Positions 35,532-36,164 of a stretch of DNA of 36,164 bases are shown in pieces (position 1 is the first letter of the stretch; every line of letters begins with the position of its first letter). The DNA lies in assembly GCA_002269645.1 (NCBI GenBank), contig NIVC01004528.1, positions 53,156 to 89,319 of the forward strand, read 5' to 3'. The position numbers were made by a program, and so were the translations under genes. The stretch is from Macrostomum lignano. Lineage: Eukaryota. The notes beneath the pieces were generated by a model that was not told the origin of the DNA, did no database searches, and worked only from the letters and a program-made list of their open reading frames with translations.

Positions 35532-36164
35532 TGTTGTTGTGTTGTTGTTGGGGCAAAGGCACCGAGGACAGTCAGAGACTGTGTCTCGCTAGCGCCACCA
35601 ACCTCGCTAGGGCGGTGGTCAGGACCCCGAGGTCCAGTCTGTCCGTGTTGAAAATCAAAAGCCTCAGATGCCAGAGGGCCGGGCAACTAAGCCAGTGCTC
35701 GAGGTCTTCCGGGCCTTCCTTGCAGCGGTGGCAAACGGAGTCGGCAGTCGGGTTGACAATGCTGCTATAGGCCCGAAGAAGACTGCAATGTCCAGCACGG
35801 AGTCTAGCCAGGAGCAATGCATCCTGCCAATTCAGCAACTCCTGCCAATCCTATTGGCAGTTAAGCGCGCAGTAGACAGCGGCGGTGCAAGCATGGGACA
35901 GCGGAGGGTCGCTGATCACCCAACAAATCGCTGCCGCTGCACTGCGGAAAGAGATGGCGGCCACAGCGGTGTCGGCAGTGACGTCAGCAGCAGCAGCCTT
36001 GGCAGCTGCTTCCGCTGCCTTGTTGCCGATGATTCCGCAGTGTGCTGGGACCCATTGAAGTGTGATGGATGCAGTAGCGCAAAAGAGGTCCAGGAGCAGG
36101 CAATTTGGGCGGGAGCTAAGAAGAGCGTCCAGGAGTGCCCTGTTGTCAGAACAGATGAGCACGC
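35532..36164 (-). mobile_element. 3' part of an RNase H-bearing LINE (I/Ingi/Nimb-like), running off the window end
   Basis: ICSDNRALL, LQWVPAHCGIIGNKAAEAAAK (RNase H); LARLRAGH...CHRCKEGPEDLEHWLSCP; (CAA)n tail at ~35532-35550. Confidence 0.88.

Overview
Eukaryotic (metazoan) genomic DNA with GC-rich coding exons, AT-rich spacers and dense nested transposons. The style is consistent with a flatworm such as Macrostomum, but that is an inference only. (1) 40-6353, minus strand: a spliced locus whose five introns/spacers are each filled by a different minisatellite. It encodes a protein with two NAB NCD2-like domains and no NCD1, followed by the N-terminal LRR/helical half of an LRWD1/ORCA homolog. 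The two parts can be read either as one in-frame fusion or as an operon-like gene pair. (2) 7.7-17 kb: a mariner fossil, several 8-bp-TSD (hAT-type) MITEs and a 3.2-kb non-autonomous CACTA/EnSpm-type element. (3) 17330-17800: a single-exon orphan single-pass membrane protein with a TATA box. (4) A near-identical 5-kb head-to-tail duplication (20213-25204 / 25210-30200) containing a MULE remnant, an RNase H-bearing LINE 3' end and a foldback element. (5) 30.1-36.2 kb: MITEs, an unassigned ORF, a 45-bp array, a deleted Ty3/Gypsy element and a second LINE. The most unusual signal is a 65-70 nt cassette derived from 28S rRNA helices 69-70 (the R2 / Pokey / I-PpoI / group I intron target site). It is altered right at the cleavage site and is carried inside three MITEs belonging to two families with different TIRs. 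No tRNA, intact rRNA or CRISPR array was found. Most long ORFs in the supplied track are artefacts of reading through minisatellites.
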